NCBI GenBank assembly: GCA_964188305.1
Contig: OZ076885.1
Strand: one strand, 5' to 3'
DNA from: Podarcis bocagei
Taxonomy: Eukaryota
Length of the DNA stretch: 64,000 nucleotides
The notes under the pieces: generated by a model
What the model was told of the DNA's origin: nothing
Database searches by the model: none
Seen by the model: only the letters and a program-made list of their open reading frames with translations
Shown: positions 48,050 to 61,646 of the stretch, one piece after another
Numbering within the stretch: position 1 is the first letter of the stretch
Layout of the letters: each line of letters opens with the position of its first letter
Program-made: the position numbers and the translations under genes

Positions 48050-51000
48050 TCCCCCATCCAAGGAAGCAAGAAGGATTGTCGAAGTTCAAGGGCACATTCC
48101 AGCCAGGCAGAAATACACAACAAGGGTGTAAAGCAGGGCTGGTAAGGAGTGTTGCCTGGGAATGAGGGGTGTGGCCTGGGAGTGACGTTGCCTGGGCCTT
48201 GTTCTGAGTGCCAGATAGAGAGGCCTGGAGTGCTTAATTCACTCCCAGGACCTGAGGTTCCCCACCACTGGCTAAAATAGGAGCACACCTCATTCTAGTT
48301 ATGCAAATCAATAGACATTCTAACCTGCTGCGCCCCTGTATGCATGTGCAAAGGATTGTGGCTTCACAATGGAGCTTCATTTCCTTTGATTGAACAGCAG
48401 CTTCCTTACACTTCTGGGCAGTTTAAACAGCAGCTCAGAACGTAGCAAGAGATAAAGTTAATTAGAGCCCCAGCCACTGCCTTAAGGGTTCTGCCCTTCA
48501 TTTCTTTGGATTAGATTTCACAATCTGTGTTGCAACAGCCAGTGGCTTTTTATGTATGCTTCTTTTGCAGACGCTTAAAATTACTAGGATATGCAGTATA
48601 GGATATTGAGGTCTATTATATAAATACACACACACACACACTCATCTGGTAATAAATGCTATGAATTATAATCATTAGGAAATTAGGTTACCCATTTATT
48701 CTGAATGATAAACATCTCCAGTGACAGCTCTGGCTGGCATTATTCTGGGGGAAGCCCTCTGTGTTGATAACTGCTATCATTCTTAGGGCATGCACATGCC
48801 AGATTTATTTAAAATGTTGGACTCATTCATTGCAGCCAAGGGGCCTATAGTACACATACTTAGCACACTTTCAGCTCAATACTGAAATATCAAATGGAGA
48901 TCAAGGGCAAGCCCTGTGCGCTTCCTGCTCCATTCATCACTTTTGCATTCTGCCTTCCTAATAATCTGTGTTGCCAGTGCACATCATTATATTTAATTCT
49001 ATCCAGTTTTGGGAGTGGGGAGGGGAAGAACTGACCTATTTCACACCTCATTTTGGTACTGGACACAGGGCACATCAACAGAGGCCATTTTTGAGTCATG
49101 TGTATGCCTTTGAAGGCTGCCCCCAGCGGTGAATTTGGGAACCTGGGGAAAGAAGGGGTGAGTGAAGATCTACATCAGGAATCAAATCAACTGTACCCAA
49201 AAATGGGAATCAAATACAGCAGTCTCTGCAGGGGGTGGGATACTCTGAAACATGCCTGGAAGGTGCAGAGCCCAGGAGACCCCCTGCCATTTCCTCCCTA
49301 GCAATGACTTCTATTTGCCAAGAAGCCACTGTGGAAGCAGCGCTGGGGGTGGGGGAAGCTGCTGATGAGGTAGCAGATCTGGCCTCCAAGGAGTGCAACA
49401 CAGCCGTTGCTGCCAGTGTGGGAGCAGCAGGTGATGCTCTTGTGGATCTTGCCACCTGAGGCATCCTGCCACCTGAGGCCGACACTTCACCTTGCCCCAT
49501 GGGTGAACCAGCCCTAGCTGCTGCCATGCCAGAACAGGAAGAGGGGAAGTTTGCATTCTTTAGCCAGTGAGAGCCAATGATATGTGCCCTTGGACTCCAG
49601 TTCCCATTAGTGCCAGCCAGCGCACGATCATGGATGATGGGAGTTCGAGTCCAAGCACATCTGGAGAGTTCCATGTTGGCTACTCCTGCCTTAAATATCG
49701 GACCTGCAACTTGACTCATGCATTCCTCAAACCAGATTCTGTTTGGAATGTATTCTTAAACTGTCTCCGTGAAGCCTCCCCTTCTTCCACTGTGTGTAAA
49801 CAGCTAAACACCCCCGTATTAGGATACCACCCCTAGTGCAGACTGTGCTGTTGCAGTTGGGTCAAGTGAATAATGAGAGGGTTAATCAAAAGCTGCAGAA
49901 TCAGCAACCAACTCATAATTTACAGTTTTGGCAGGTACATGATCCTTAATAATACAACTGTCTTTGGGGTAAAAGGCTTTCCTAGAATGCGGTGCCTGTA
50001 CTCATTTCCAAATCTCCTAATGAAAGAATTACTGTTCTTTGTTCCAGCAAAACTGTACTAATTTTGCCAATTTGTGGTGTATATCTATTCATCTACAGAA
50101 GCTTTTTCTAATGTTCAAAGGCTAGATCCAGTGCGGGCTTAGTCAGCACAATAGCTTTCCCCCTTTGTCTGAGACTTAAAAGCACTGTGTTTTTCAAGAT
50201 TGATGGCACAGACCAGAGTCCAGACCATTAGTGTTCTGTGATTGCCGTCCTGCACACATACATATATTCAATGGGACCTATTTCTGAATAAACATGAATA
50301 GGATCAGATGGTACTCTGGTGATTTTCCATTTCATTTCATTTTGCTTTTAATTTGTATACTACCTTTCTACATTACCACTAAGAGGTTCACAAGCAGAAA
50401 CAACAACAACAAAAAACCCCAACAACATATACAAGATCACACATCTTATAGCAATCCAATCCAAATAAATCATAATAAAGACTTAACTTAAGCAACTTAT
50501 ATAAAGCAATATTCAACAGGACTTTAGAATATAATAGTTGTGATGCCACTTTATTTCCCACCACCTAGCTGTACCCCATATTGTTGCACCCAAACAGGTA
50601 TAAAACATATGTAATCTGAACTGGAGGGCTGCCATAGATGTGTGCTTATATTTCATCTGTATGAACAGCCTTCCACCAGATGATTGTACAGGACAATAGC
50701 TCTCCCATTTTTTCTGGCAAAAGCTAGCACTCATGGGCTGGAATTTGTGGTTTCATTGCATCATGTATACCGAGAACAGTATTTAACCAAATTCAAAATT
50801 GGTAGTACTGAAAAAACCAACACCACCAAATGTATGCATAATACATGGAGCTTTAAAAATAAGAAGGAAGGCAACCTGCTAGAGTGTTATGGGTGGGAGT
50901 AAGACAGATGACAAAATCAGCATTTGATTGCTCATAAGTCTTTGATTGCATGCAAGTATATTTCCCTGGGCTCATAAATTTCTCCCCCATTGCAAAGGCA

Positions 51001-51570
51001 GGAAAGCTGTTTCTCACCCCATGGGGGGGAAATGTGCAGGGACTTTTTACGGTATGCTGTTTTTTAGCAGTGTTCATATGCCACCCTAACAAAGATTTCA
51101 GGGCAGCTCATAATAAGAGCTGCACACAAACTTTAGTTTCATAGAACTTGATAGGGTCTGGCTTGTTTCAGCTAACATACAGACTAGTCTCCTCCTACAA
51201 TTAAAAAACATTGGATTGTGTTGTATTACAGAGAGCGTGCACACGAGTGCACATATTGTAGATTTATGGACGTCACAGAGCATGGGCAAGGCGGGTAAGT
51301 TACATGGGGACAAATGTGTTTCTGCTGTTCCTTTCAGTAGTTATGAACAGTGGGTGAAGCATTTTGTGAAGGAGTGTTGTGCTAACAAATGTAGAGCTGA
51401 TAAACTCAAGTTCCTGCTACGCAGTAATTGATCCAGAGAGCCTACAAGCATGGGGTAGCCTCCTCTGCAAAACTCACAACTAAAGCCACCAGGCATCCTG
51501 TCTTCCCTTGAGTTGGGGACCTGGGGTGTGTGCTGAACATGTAGAGTTTGGGGAAATCCATGGTCTAAGT

Positions 51571-52092
51571 CAGTGTTTCCCAAACTTTTTTGGGCAACGG
51601 CACACCTGTTTACTGAAAAAAAATCTCGCGGCACACCACCATTAAAGCCCCGCCCCGTGACGTCAGCGCGCAGCGTCACGCCGGGAGGGACGCACGAAAG
51701 TGAAAGTTTTTTCCCTCCCCCCTCAGTCCCTCGCTCGGAATTCAGCTCGTTTGGGGCATCGCTCCGGCTGCTCCCTCTCCCGCCACGCAGGAGCGATGCC
51801 TCTCTCTGGCTCTCCCTCCGCGCAGGCTGAGGGAGGGAGGGAGGTGCGCGTGTGACCCGTCTCTGCTGGGAGACCAAACCCAGCGAGGCAGAGTCGCGCG
51901 GAGGCGCCCAGGCAGCGCTGCCGGCTGCGAGGAGGAGCGCCAGGCAGCAGCAGGAGGCGCGGCCTCTCCTCGCCGCCGCCGCCCCGCCTCTCGCCGCCCG
52001 ACTCGCCCGCCTCCCTCCAGGCATCTCGCGGCACACGAGGCAACGTCTCACGGCACACTCGTGTGCCGCGGAACACCGGTTGGGAAACACTG
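51571..52092. mobile_element. young GC-rich non-autonomous hAT element
   Basis: TIR cagtgtttcccaa at both ends; perfect 8-bp TSD gtctaagt (51563-51570 and 52093-52100); subterminal cggcacac repeats. Confidence 0.9.
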
Positions 52093-52324
52093 GTCTAAGT
52101 GAGGTTGCTGGGCCTTGAAGAGCAGGCACCAAGTGAGGCGAGTCCAGAAATCCCGTTTGAGCAGTGCAGTGCAAAAGACCACTGAGTAGCACCTTGGAGA
52201 GCACCCTCTAGCTAGGGGTGCTAAGAACTCTCCAATAGTGAGCTGTTGTCTCAGCAACCTTCTCAGGCCTTATGAAGACTGAATGACCCAATATTTCCTT
52301 TTAGTTCTGGCCCCCAAGGAGCTT

Positions 52325-53067
52325 TCCACAACTGTTCCCAGTCAGCAAACATAATGTTATGACCAACATCTTGTGCCCATTTAATCATAGCAGATTTCAC
52401 CGTTTCATCCTGAGTATTCCATTTCAACAGCAAGTTATACATCTTTGACAAAATCTTAGTTTTAGGTTCTAACAGTTCTGTTTCTAATTTTGATTTTTCC
52501 ACCTGGAAGCCAATTTTCTTGTCCAAATTGTATGCCTCCATTATCTGATAGTAATGAAGCCAGTCTCGCACTTTATCTTTTAATTTCTCAAAACTCTGCA
52601 ATTTCAATTTTGTCTCCTTCTTGTTCCAAAATTTCCCAATATTTTGGCCATTTGGCCTCCATATTGAGCTTTTTCTGAGCCTTTGCTTCCATCGGTGACA
52701 ACCACCTTGGGGTTTTATTTTCAAGTAAGTCCTTATATCTTATCCAGACATTTAACAATGCTTTCCTAACAATATGGTTTTTAAATGCTTTATGTGCTTT
52801 AACCTTGTCATACCACAAATATGCATGCCACCCAAAAACATTATTGAAACCTTCTAAATCCAAAATATCTGTGTTCTCAAGAAGCAGCCATTCTTTCAGC
52901 CAGCAAAATGCTGCTGATTCATAATAAAGTTTAAGGTCTGGCAGGGCAAATTCACCTCTGTCCTTTGCATCAGTTAATATTTTAAATTTTATTCTGGGCT
53001 TCTTGCCCTGCCAGACAAATCTAGAAATGTCTCTCTGCCACTTCTTGAAACAGTCCATTTTGTCCAA
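52325..53067 (-). mobile_element. internal L1 ORF2 fragment (no 3' end, one frameshift)
   Basis: Encodes ISRFVWQGKKPRIK...ALPDLKLYY...SPMEAK and, after a frameshift near 52610, KLQS...WAQDVGHNIM. It overlaps in sequence with the L1 at 5105-6430. Confidence 0.85.
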
Positions 53068-53775
53068 GATCATTTTGTATTTCCCCCCTCCAAAATATAG
53101 TCCGGCCCCCCACAACGTCTGAGGGACAGTGGACCAGCCCCCTGCTGAAAAAGGTTGCTGACCCCTAGTCTTCCTGGATCATTTTGAAACGTGTGTGTGT
53201 GTGTGTGTGTGTGTGTCTTCCCTTGGGCTTGTAGGGCTTTACATTTTCCTTAACCGTAGCTCTGTCTTCACTCATTGGCTAAAAGCATTGAAAGGTGGTG
53301 ACACATTTTGTTCCAGAACTTTAATTCTAAAAGCTCAGAGTCAGGCGCCTCTAGGCTCTTTGGACCCAGGTACATCAGTATCCTTTGTGTCTGCTTTTCA
53401 TTGGCCCTGGAAACACCCAAGAGGCACTTCAATATAACAGCTTCAGTGGAGACAATTTAGAGTAGGTAAATATGTGGAAAGAAAAGATTAAGCATCCGGC
53501 CCCCTAACAGCTTGTTCTGAGTGTTCAAAGTAGTGAGTGGGACTGGGGGGGGGGTAGGATAAAAAAACCCACATTAAGCCACATCAAACCATGGTTTATC
53601 CGGGCTCTATCTAGTGTAGCTTTGATTCTCTCAGCAAACTCACCCCAAATTCTTTCTCTGGTCCTTCCAACTTAATGTTTAGGGAAGCTTTTAAAATATT
53701 GTATTTTAATATTTTGTTGGAAGCCGCCCAGAGTAGCTGGGGAAACCCAGCCAGATGGGCGGGGTATAAATAATA

Positions 53776-53823
<48 letters not shown>

Positions 53824-54720
53824 CAACTTCCAAAGCCTGGGTCCAGGAAGGAACAGGAAGGCTCTTTTTGTCAACCCCCTGAGCTCATCTAAGCCAAACC
53901 ATGATGCTCATTTAAGCAGAACCACAGCGATAGTGTAGACCCATTCAAAATAATCAAGAGAACCAAGGCTCATGACACCATATAATAACAGTGGATATTG
54001 TGTTGGCAGCAGGGAATGAGTCTTTCATAATTTAGCTGTTTAGTTAATGTTTCTGCCCTTTATGTTAAGCTCCCTCTGTTTTCTAAATTAATTTTTGACT
54101 CTTATGGTGGGTAATGTTGCTGCTCAGTCACTTATGTAACTTTCACCTAACTGTGTCTTCAGTTTGTCAAAACCGTACAGAGCAGAGCTATGACTATAAT
54201 AACATTGCTCCTAAACTTAACCTATGTAGTACAACAATAATAAATCTGCCTATGTACTTTCAGCAGTGCACTGCTTTATTATCAATGGCATTTTCCTGTA
54301 AAAGTTCAAAGCAAGCTTAACTTTCAAGATCAAACACATTCATTAACTGAAGCGGCGCTTCTTTCTGACAGAAAGGTGCTTTAATGACAAAACCAGAAGA
54401 TGGCACTGTTTTTTAATAGATGAGAGCAATATATATAACATTATTTTTTTTTAAAAAAAAATCAGGATGGAGAGACAGGCAGGTCTGGGAATACAACCTG
54501 AAGCTTTAACTTGTTCAGTAATTCTTGTTCTGGTGGGTAACTCTACAGAATTTGAAGGGATAACAGGCTTCAGAAAAGATGTGCAAGACAGAGTACAAAG
54601 CTAGCCAGCCAGAAATTAAATCATACAAATACTATGTCGAAAAAAAGCTCATGAACTGTCTAGTTCAGTTCAGTAGGAAAGGACACTTCTATTATGTATT
54701 ACACGCTGGCACAACAAATT

Positions 54721-54722
<2 letters not shown>

Positions 54723-54756
<34 letters not shown>

Positions 54757-54776
54757 ACACACACACACACACACAC
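54723..54776. repeat. (GT)n-GCGC-(AC)n palindromic microsatellite
   Basis: 44-bp perfect palindrome (54733-54776) centred at 54754/54755. Confidence 0.9.
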
Positions 54777-56913
54777 TATATACACACCATAATAATAAAT
54801 ATATCCAGCTTCTCTGATTTGGGAGGGTGGGCTGTTTGTTGCATAGGCAGCTTCCTGAGAAGAAAGCAAGCGGAGCCATTCATGTAGGCTGCATGGCCCA
54901 CTTTGATTCCATAGCTGCAGTTGTTAGCCATGCGGAGACCCTGCCCAACTGAAAGAGCTGAAACAGAAGATGCAGCCCCTAAACTCAGAACCATCTGGAC
55001 AGTCCCCTTAAAACAGTAATTTTCCATGGCTTCAGAACTTCTATGAAAGAACAGGTTTCTGAGGAGCCATGAATCTTATCAGAGGTTAGTCCATGAGAAG
55101 AAGAAAAAATCAGTAATGAGGGACAACTATCACAATGTTCTCCCACAATGTGCGGTCTGAGGAGAGCATTGAATCTGTTCTGGAGTCCCCCCCTCAGTAG
55201 CTGTTGCATCATGGGTGAGGTCCTGACCAGCACCCCACGTCTGTCAAACTTCAATCTTTTGACTCCATTAATCCTCTCCTGACCACCCAGCCTTAAAAGT
55301 CCATTCTTGTGTTATATGCACAAATGTGTATGCAAGGGAGAAAGGGAGCAGGAGGAGAATGGTAGAGGTGAAATTGTAACAGCTTCAGTGTCTGTGTGTG
55401 CAAGTGCACTTGCTTAATAGGTTTTACTCGGACCAAAGGAGAAGGGAACAAAAAATAAATATTGACAGGAGATAGGGAGAGAGAGCAGAGCATATGGTGC
55501 AGAGGTTTATCACATCATTCTCCCAAAAGGGAGATCTTCCCAGCAGGACCAGGTCACCCATGAGGCAAGGTGAGGTGAATACCTCAGGTGGCAGAATTCA
55601 CAGGCGCAGCAATTCTGACCTCCAAGGAATGATTGCAGCACACTCCTTGGAAGCTAGATCTACCATCTCCTTGGCAGCACACTCCTATGCCACTCTACGG
55701 CGGCCTCTTGGCGAATAGGAGGTGCTGCTGGCCTCCTCCCACCCTTGTTGCTGAGGTAGATCTTAACTTACCCCTTCTTCCCTGGTGGAGAGGATGCACC
55801 ATTTTGTGGTTTGTCTCAGGTGCCAAAATATACTGGGCTGGCTCTTCTCTCCAGTGTGGCTGGAAGGCTTGGACTAAAGACATGGGGACACCTTACTTCA
55901 CATGCTGTAAGAATTAAGCTCCCCACACCTGTGGTTATTGAAGGGGGGAAAGCAAGATAAGCAGCTGTATGCCATGTGAACCTCTAGTTTGACCCCAAGA
56001 ACATTGGATCGGTCTTTGGTTGTGCATATCTGTCAATAGTGGCTGGGGCAGAAATGCTCAGTTCAAGCTGTCAGCCCGATGATCATCTGCAGAGGTGAGT
56101 TAAACAGACCGGAAGAGCCCAGACAGGGCAGCTCTGCTGGAGAAGGAGATATGCTGAAGGAGCCAGAGGCTATAAGCATGGAGAATAGCACATTTGGACG
56201 GAGTTTCAAGCATGAAGGGAGTTAGGACAGAGAAGGAGTAGCAGGTAAAGAAAAGAGCAATGAAGCCATGGGCAAGCTTTCCTGCAGCAACTTAGGATGT
56301 AGTCATTCTGGGGCTAGCCACCACAGTTGCAAGTCAATGAGGGAAAGGGTTACCTTAAGGAAAGCAGAGGCTGCTGATACATCTGGGGATACAGGGGTTA
56401 ATGGGGTTGCAAACTGCTTTACAAAACCCACCAGATTTCAGAAGGTCTCTGAACTCATTCAAATGGATCCATAGTGAGACCGTGGAAGCTCTTGCAATGT
56501 CTCTGGACATGCTATTGATAGATATGAAATTTGAGGAGGAGGTTTTGCAGATACACTTCATGCTACATATATGATAATAATAGGTGGAAAATTACTACCA
56601 AAGACACATCCTTTGCAGTGTACTACAGCAAAAGAAATGGCATGTCAACTGTACTAGAACGCCGAAGAACAGATACATTGGAATAAAGTGACAGGATTGG
56701 GTCCCCCAAGAACTAACATAATGGTTTCTCTCAGTGCAAAGAAATGAAAAGTTATAATGGTAATAATAATTCAAAGAATCCACTGCTTCAATTTCCATTC
56801 ATTGGCAAAGCTCTCATTATACACATTTATACCCCACCTTTCCTTCAAGAAGTTCAGGATTGCATACATAGGTTCTTCTATTTTATTCTTACAACAACTC
56901 TGTGAAGTGGTGT

Positions 56914-57052
56914 TGTCTCCTTCTTTGGAGGTCTTTAAGCAGAGGCTTGACATCCATATGTCAGGAGTGCTCTGATGGTGTTTCCTGCTTGGCAGGGGGT
57001 TGGACTCGATGGCCCTTGTGGTCTCTTCCAACTCTATGATTCTATGATTCTA
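56914..57052 (+). mobile_element. CR1 LINE 3' end
   Basis: tctccttctttggaggtctttaagcagaggcttgac ... ttccaactctatgattctatgattcta (ATTCTATG octamer tail). Confidence 0.85.
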
Positions 57053-60000
57053 AGTATGTCAACTTGGTTAATCTAAGATCACAGAGGCTGCTTTATAGGT
57101 AAGCGAAGACTTGAACTCAACTATGTGCAGTTGGACATACTAACCACTACACTGGCTGTTGCAGTGGGTTAAACAAACCACATTCCTATACAAATCAGGG
57201 CTTTCTTAATATTTAAATCCATTTCTGAAAGGAACCTTCCAGATATCTATACATAATATGCCATGAGCAGCAGTCCTGAGGGAGATTTTCCTAACACTAA
57301 GTAGCAGCAAGCCTTCAGGAAAAGCATTCAGAAAAAATATATATATGAAAAGCTGGTTCCTTTTTTTAAAAAAAGCCAGGCGTATTCCCACTTGAACTTT
57401 GTTGAGATAAAACCAGTGTAGGATTTGAACCCAGGTTCCCTGTTCCAGTGCATTAATCAGAAGTCCTGATATGCACAGCAACAGTGTGCCCAATACCCAC
57501 AAAATGCTTCATAAATGTGCATTAACCAGAAGGGTGATGTAAAAGATTGCTGGTAATTATTACATAATTTCTTGATGGAATTCACTTTTTGGGAGGTTCG
57601 GGGAAGGCAACAGACATGTTATACTTTCCTCCAGGACTCACTGAGTCTTTGAGACCTTAATAACAGCAAGCTAGAAATGGAGGCAGCTGATATGCCCTGG
57701 AAAACCTCAAGACATTAAATAATACAAAATTAAGTGAGATCCAAACCTGCACACATCTTCTCAATGGCAACAGAATAAATATTTTATAGCACACCAGGAG
57801 GCAGAAAGTCCAAAAGAACCTAGCATTTCAATTGGTGAGATGACAACTTATTAAAGAAAAATAATAATCCTGAGCCTGGAATAATGTGAGTCAAGAGAAA
57901 TAAATCCATGACAGAGATTGCGAGGATGAAGGAAGTTATTTCAGACGTGTCACGTTATGGATGAAATTGAGGCATATGAAACTTGCATGTGCCCCGAGAT
58001 AACCTGATCAACCTGGTCCATCTAATTTGTGGAGATGTTGCACAATTTCAGTGTCCGCTGATTCAGCAAAAGCATCTCAGTTCATGAATTTAAAGCCAAC
58101 AGGGACTATTCTGTGCCTGGGGTTTGGTTTTCAGGTGTATTACAGCCTTTCTCAAATCCTCACAGAGAGCCTGAGCAGAAGGTTTAGTACTAAAGCCTGA
58201 GGCATATGCATACCTAAAATCCAAAATAAGCACCCAGGAGAGGTTTCACTTGTGTCAAGATTACAGTGTTTTACCCTGCCAGGCTAAGACTTATTTATTT
58301 GCTCAGGCTGTAGTCTGTTTGGGGATTTTAGCTGTTGCTGTTTTATTTTTTTCTTGTCATACGAACGGATTACATTTTGTTTTTATTATATGTTGTTGTC
58401 GATTGCCATGAGATCCGTCTAGTGGTTCAGAAATTTTAAGATTAAATAAACCAATAAGCAATATTAAATCCGTAACAAAAAGGGGTCACCAGCCCTTTGG
58501 GGCCAGTGGGCACATTTGGATTTTTGAGAAAGTGCCATAGGCATCAGTCACAAAATGGCTGCCATGGGAATGTGGCTTTGCACAAAATGGCTGCCACATC
58601 TAAAAGAACAGAAAAAGATACAGGATCACAACGGGAACAGACATGCCCATTCCTCAAAGCAGGTCCCCCATCAAGAGACACACCTACATCCACCACCACT
58701 GTGCTTGCTCACAGAGAAAAGTTATTTGCATCTCTCCTCTTTTGAAAGCCTTTACATTCAGTGAAATGTGGTCATGTTTAAGGGGCTGTGTACAATGTAG
58801 AAGTCAAGCAAGCACAACCAAGAATTAGGAAGATAGAGCAAACTGTCCCCTATGTATTGTGGATTACTGGGACCTTTTTCAGGCACTATAAAAGGTAGTG
58901 GTGCCTGTGGGTGCTGCATTGGTGACCCCTGTCTATGAGCATTTAACAGATGGAAAATGAACATCTTGGACAAGCAAATGACTCAGGGCCTGGAAGTTAA
59001 TTTGTGAGATCTGAATCGGATACCTCCCAATTTTTTATTATTATTATTTTAAAAATTGCTTACCTCTGTTAGATAATGAAACTCTCTTTCTCAACCTATT
59101 GTTTCTCATCTGCAGCCAATGAGAGTAATTTCAGGCCACTCTTAACTGTAATTATGTACCATTGATTTCTGTGGGATTTAAGCACATTGAACTGTATGGT
59201 GGATTGAACCAAGAGTGATTGCTCCCTTATTAACACTAAAGCCAAACTATACTTGAGATCCATGCATATTTCAGAGGTGCTCATTTATTAACAAGAAACA
59301 GGACAGTTTGCTGGGGTGATGTGAAAGATGGAGATTTGACTGAATTTGTGAAATGAAAAGGACCTTCTGAGTATGGTATTTTAGGAAATGAATGTGACAA
59401 GAAGCCAATCTTTTTCCTTAAAAAAAATGCAGAGCAGGTCCACTTATGTGCATTAAGGAACTTGTGCAATTTAAAGAATTTTGCCCCAAAAGTTATGGAG
59501 GAAGAATAATTACTTCTAAGTCAATTTCCTGTTCATTTATTCAGCCTGGATTTTTTATCCCCCAAGTACATTTTCAGATCAGCATGCAGAAGTATATGCA
59601 CATCCCTCGTTATCACTAATGGGAACTTCAAAGCAGCATATAATTTTACTGGGCTATTTTGTCTGACTTGTATTACACCTGTCAATCCGATTTCCTTCTG
59701 CTATTTCATTAATATTTAAATGCTAATATTTAAAGGTCAAGCTTAGCTTGCAGTAATATTTAAAATACCATTCTTTCCTGGTTTCTAGAAAGACCATGTG
59801 GGAAAATATTCATCAGGAGATATATATGTGTAACATGAAGCGAGGAAATGAAATCAGTGCTGCGTTTTATGTATTCCCCTCCTCCACTTCCTTGCAACGT
59901 CTTCATCTCTGCCAACTATGCACTCTCCTTCAGATCAGATCAGCCTTCCCTCTCCTACCCTCCCCCAATCCATTTAGAATACGTATTTGGCATTTAAGCA

Positions 60001-60916
60001 GCTAATTCCAACCAAGAAACCTCGGCTCTTGGCATTTGTGTCCTTCGCCACGTTTTCTGATGGTTCCGTTAGTTTTCCATATGGCAAATCCATATTTACC
60101 AAAATGCTTATGACATATCATTCAGTTTGTTTATGACATTTCCGAATTGCTCCTCCTACCAGAGGAGCCCAGGACAATGTACATGCACATTAGAATACAA
60201 AAGACACATTCCACAAAATGGAATGATGAGCAAAATAGCTGTAAAACTAGAACCATTAATACCCCACCCCCCAAATCTGAAGTCTTCACTAAAGGGGCAA
60301 TATATCTCAAGGCCTTACATATTCACAACACATTAAAGCCATACCTTAAGAGACCACTGCTTCTGTTCAATATTTCACACTCACTCTAGAGGTTGGGGAA
60401 ACCTGTGGCCTTCCAGATATTATTGGACTGCAACTCCATCACTCCTGTTCAATTCCCTTCATGGCATGGACATCACTGGTTTTGTTTATTTTGGTTGAAT
60501 TATTCGGATTGCAGGAGGTACGCTCTAGGAGGCTAAGGCAGGCAAGGACCCACAGCTCAGTTGGTGCTCACTAGCTTGGGGAGGAGGTGTGTGATTCCTC
60601 AGCTGGAGTAGGCTCAGATGCTGCAATGAACATGCAATATATAAAAGGAAAACTGTCCTGGCTGGTGTGTCATGGCCAGGCTTCAGAGCCTCAAAGCTCA
60701 GCAGGAAAGGCTCGTAGCTTGGTGGTAGAGCACATGTTTTTGCATACACAAAATCCCAGGTTCAATCCATGGCATTTCCAGGGCTGCCAGTCAGTGCAGA
60801 CAGTATGCAACTGGAAGTGCCAACAGCATAACTCAGCATAAGACAGCTCCCTATGTTCCACCTACAAAGCCCTGTGTCATTGCTGATGTGGGTTGATTTT
60901 AGATATGCAGGCAAAG

Positions 60917-61165
60917 CAGGGGTAGGCAACCTAAGGCCCAGGGGGCTGGATGCAGTCCAATCGCCTTCTCAATCCGGCCCACGGACGGTCCGGGAATCAG
61001 CATGTTTCTACATGAGTAGAATGTGTGCTTTTATTTAAAATGCATCTCTGAGTTATTTGTGGGGCATAGGAAATCATTCATTCCCCACCCCCATATATAG
61101 TCGGCCCACCACATGGTCTGAGAATGGAGGACAGGCCCATGGCTGAAAAAGGTTGCTGACCCCTG
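60917..61165. mobile_element. non-autonomous hAT element
   Basis: caggggtaggcaacct ... aggttgctgacccctg; perfect 8-bp TSD aggcaaag. Confidence 0.88.
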
Positions 61166-61402
61166 AGGCAAAGGATAAGGCTTCACCTGCCACCATTGTG
61201 ATCTCCACTGACTGACAGATGGGCAGCCCCCACCTACCTGTCAAACTGGCCCATGGACTTAGGTGACTTAAGGATCTGGCCTACCAGCTAGAAAGTATTC
61301 CCCTACCCATGAGGTATCAGGAGTGCTCCACATTCGCATTGCATAAATAAGCTTCCCCGAAGATTTGCTGGAATGCTACCCTAAGCATACTTCGAAAGTG
61401 GT

Positions 61403-61646
61403 AGAAGAAGAAGAAGAGTTTGGATTTGATATCCCGCCTTTCACTCCCCTTCAGGAGTCTCAAAGCGGCTAACAATCTCCTTTCCCTTCCTCCCCCACAA
61501 CAAACACTCTGTGAGGTGAGTGAGGCTGAGAGACTTCAGAGAAGTGTGACTGGCCCAAGGTCACCCAGCAGCTGCATGTGGAGGAGCGGAGACGCGAACC
61601 CGGTTCACCAGATTACGTGACTACCGCTCTTAACCACTACACCACA
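61403..61646 (-). mobile_element. MIR/Ther1-related squamate SINE (Squam3-like)
   Basis: On the minus strand: tRNA head tgtggtgtagtggttaagagcgg...ccgggttcgcgtctcc, CORE-like ctgggtgaccttgggccagtcac, and a (CTT)n tail. Confidence 0.75.

Noticed and set aside
51341-52204. 287-aa ORF
   Set aside because: It runs through a GC-rich non-autonomous hAT element and shows no transposase or other domain motifs.
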